From contig JBFLGF010000027.1 of NCBI GenBank assembly GCA_050230475.1, positions 1 to 64,000 on the forward strand: DNA of 64,000 nucleotides, written 5' to 3'. Numbering within the stretch: position 1 is the first letter of the stretch; each line of letters starts with the position of its first letter. Of this stretch, positions 62,416-64,000 are shown one piece after another. The stretch comes from Ancylonema sp. (Eukaryota). The notes beneath the pieces are model-generated. The model did no database searches, was not told where the DNA came from, and saw only the letters and a list, made by a program, of their open reading frames with translations. The position numbers were made by a program, and so were the translations under genes.

Positions 62416-63109
62416 CAGTGATGCACCGGGCCGGGGCCCGGGGGCCCGTATTCTGTACGGCACGTTTTCCGGACGGGGCAGAGGGCAATCTGCCGGCCCT
62501 GGCAAATGCAAACGGCGTACGGATTTGCCCGCACACGTCCGGAATACGGCCGTGAAATGCGGCAAACGGGTACGGAATGTACGGATGCAAACGTTTGCGC
62601 TTGCAAACGTTTGCGTTCGTACAGACCGTACATGTCCGTATATGTCCGTACCAATGACCCCGGTTTTTTTTTGAAAAACAGGTAGATTCGGTCGTGAATT
62701 TGTACAGAATCCGCTGACAGGGGATTCGGACGGCATCGGGTGATGGGACAGGGTCGTGAACGACGCTCACCCGTCAGATGCTAGATATGTAAGAAAACTG
62801 AAAGATTCTTTCTCACACACGACAAACAGAATCTATGATGGAATGGGGGACGGGCTACGGGCCAAGATACGATGGTGGAACGGAAGACATGACAGAATAG
62901 GGACGTGCTACAGGACAAAACGACGGGGACAGGGAGAACACGGGGGAAATGTAATGATGACAAAACGGGGATACAACAAAATGACGGGGACAAACTGGGG
63001 GTGCCGGATATATTGGGTTTACGGCTTAGCCTGGAAGGGGCCTATCTAGGGGCCTATCTAGGAATAAATTTGCGGACGTTTGCGAATGCAAACGTTTGCA
63101 AAATGTTTG
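62416..63109. mobile_element. Third copy of the ~800-bp hAT family (inverted), broken by a non-LTR retrotransposon
   Basis: Starts with TIR CAGTGATGCACCGGGCCGG. Reverse-collinear with 54865-55642 up to ...CAAAATGTTTG (63109). Confidence 0.88.
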
Positions 63110-64000
63110 AGAGAAAGACGCATTTTATTCAAGCACGATGGGAACCCCATCTGAGTACAACACCAACGTTATCGTACCAACCTAAAGGAACAGAAGAAGG
63201 AAAACAACCCCAATCGTAAAACAACCGAGCAACAATCCATAACTCTGTTGACGACAATAACACCCGCGGAGGGGGGGGAGGTAACAGAGCCATACCCTCT
63301 TCCAATCGCAATGTCCTAGCATGGATTGCATGTGCTAGAGAACGTTGTAAAGCAACAGAAACTCTCTGCCGAAACCAAGTAACTAACAAACTAACAGTCC
63401 GCCCCGATCGCCCATTCAGTTGCGCCGCACGGTGAGCACAACCACCAATAACCGATTGCTTGCATCGGAAAGCGCAATGTACGTCTCTAACGCAAACGGG
63501 ATAAACTTGGTCCCTGCCGCGCGATCACGATATGAGTTTTTTTGCGCCGTTCTGCATCTTCTGCGGCCACCAACCCTTGACAAGCCGCCGCAATCCACCA
63601 AGTCACGCCGCGTGGGGTCAGCAATGACCACATCCACCAAAATATGCCCCTCCACCAAATCCGAAATAACAATATCCACTCGCCCCTCACGACCGCCCGG
63701 AGCGGAGGACGGAAGAAACCCCGTACGTTCACATTGAACATGCTGACCCGACTCGCGGAGGATGTGATGTACGGAATCTCGCACCGAGTCATGAGATGAA
63801 GTGCGCTCCACCCCTCGACTGCAGCGCATAAGATGCGTACCCAGGGCGTCCATAGAGTTGCCGCACGTGCACGTATCATAGGTAGCAAGGCAAGGGTGGG
63901 GAAACCCGAGGCGCACGCGCACGGCAGTAAGGAATAGGGGAGGGGGGATACGAAGGGAGGGAATGATGGGGGACGCAGCCAATGACCCGCACCGGATCCA
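63110..64000 (-). mobile_element. 3' end of a CRE-like non-LTR retrotransposon (zinc knuckle plus restriction-like endonuclease), degenerate
   Basis: AVRVRLG, CTCG...GTHLMRC, SHDSVRD, GRVDIVI...LVDVVIADP, FIPFALETY, FRQRVSVALQRSLA match the C-terminal pattern of RLE retroelements. Frameshifted. AATAAA lies just before the junction. Confidence 0.8.

Overview
Eukaryotic nuclear DNA with plant-type, intron-containing genes, probably from a streptophyte green alga (inferred from the proteins, not proven). Ten protein-coding genes can be reconstructed by eye: the 5' part of a RIBA/DHBP synthase (-), a GT31 galactosyltransferase (+), a two-exon coiled-coil protein with a fungal-type Mug135/MUG2-like C-terminal domain (-), a CYP63-like cyclophilin (+), RBM22/MAC5 (-), a CorA/ZntB-like transporter (-), CSN7 (-), PDIL5-4 (+), a cysteine synthase 2-like PLP enzyme (+) and a DUF3754 protein (-). 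The intergenic space is full of transposons: a nest of three related Ty1/copia elements (13.5-24.1 kb), a copia inserted head-to-head into a solo LTR of its own family (41.5-45.9 kb), many hAT-type and pogo/Tigger-type MITEs with readable TIRs and TSDs, and the 3' end of a CRE-like RLE non-LTR retrotransposon. The most unusual signals are: (1) a copia family whose four visible LTR right ends all end in ...AAA rather than ...CA, with the boundary fixed by a TSD and by a half-tRNA PBS; (2) the fungal-type Mug135-like gene; (3) two independent antisense insertions into the same family, one creating a ~300-bp-arm inverted repeat; (4) alternating C-rich and G-rich blocks across exons and introns. 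No rRNA, tRNA or CRISPR array was seen. All coordinates were read manually and may be off by a few bases.
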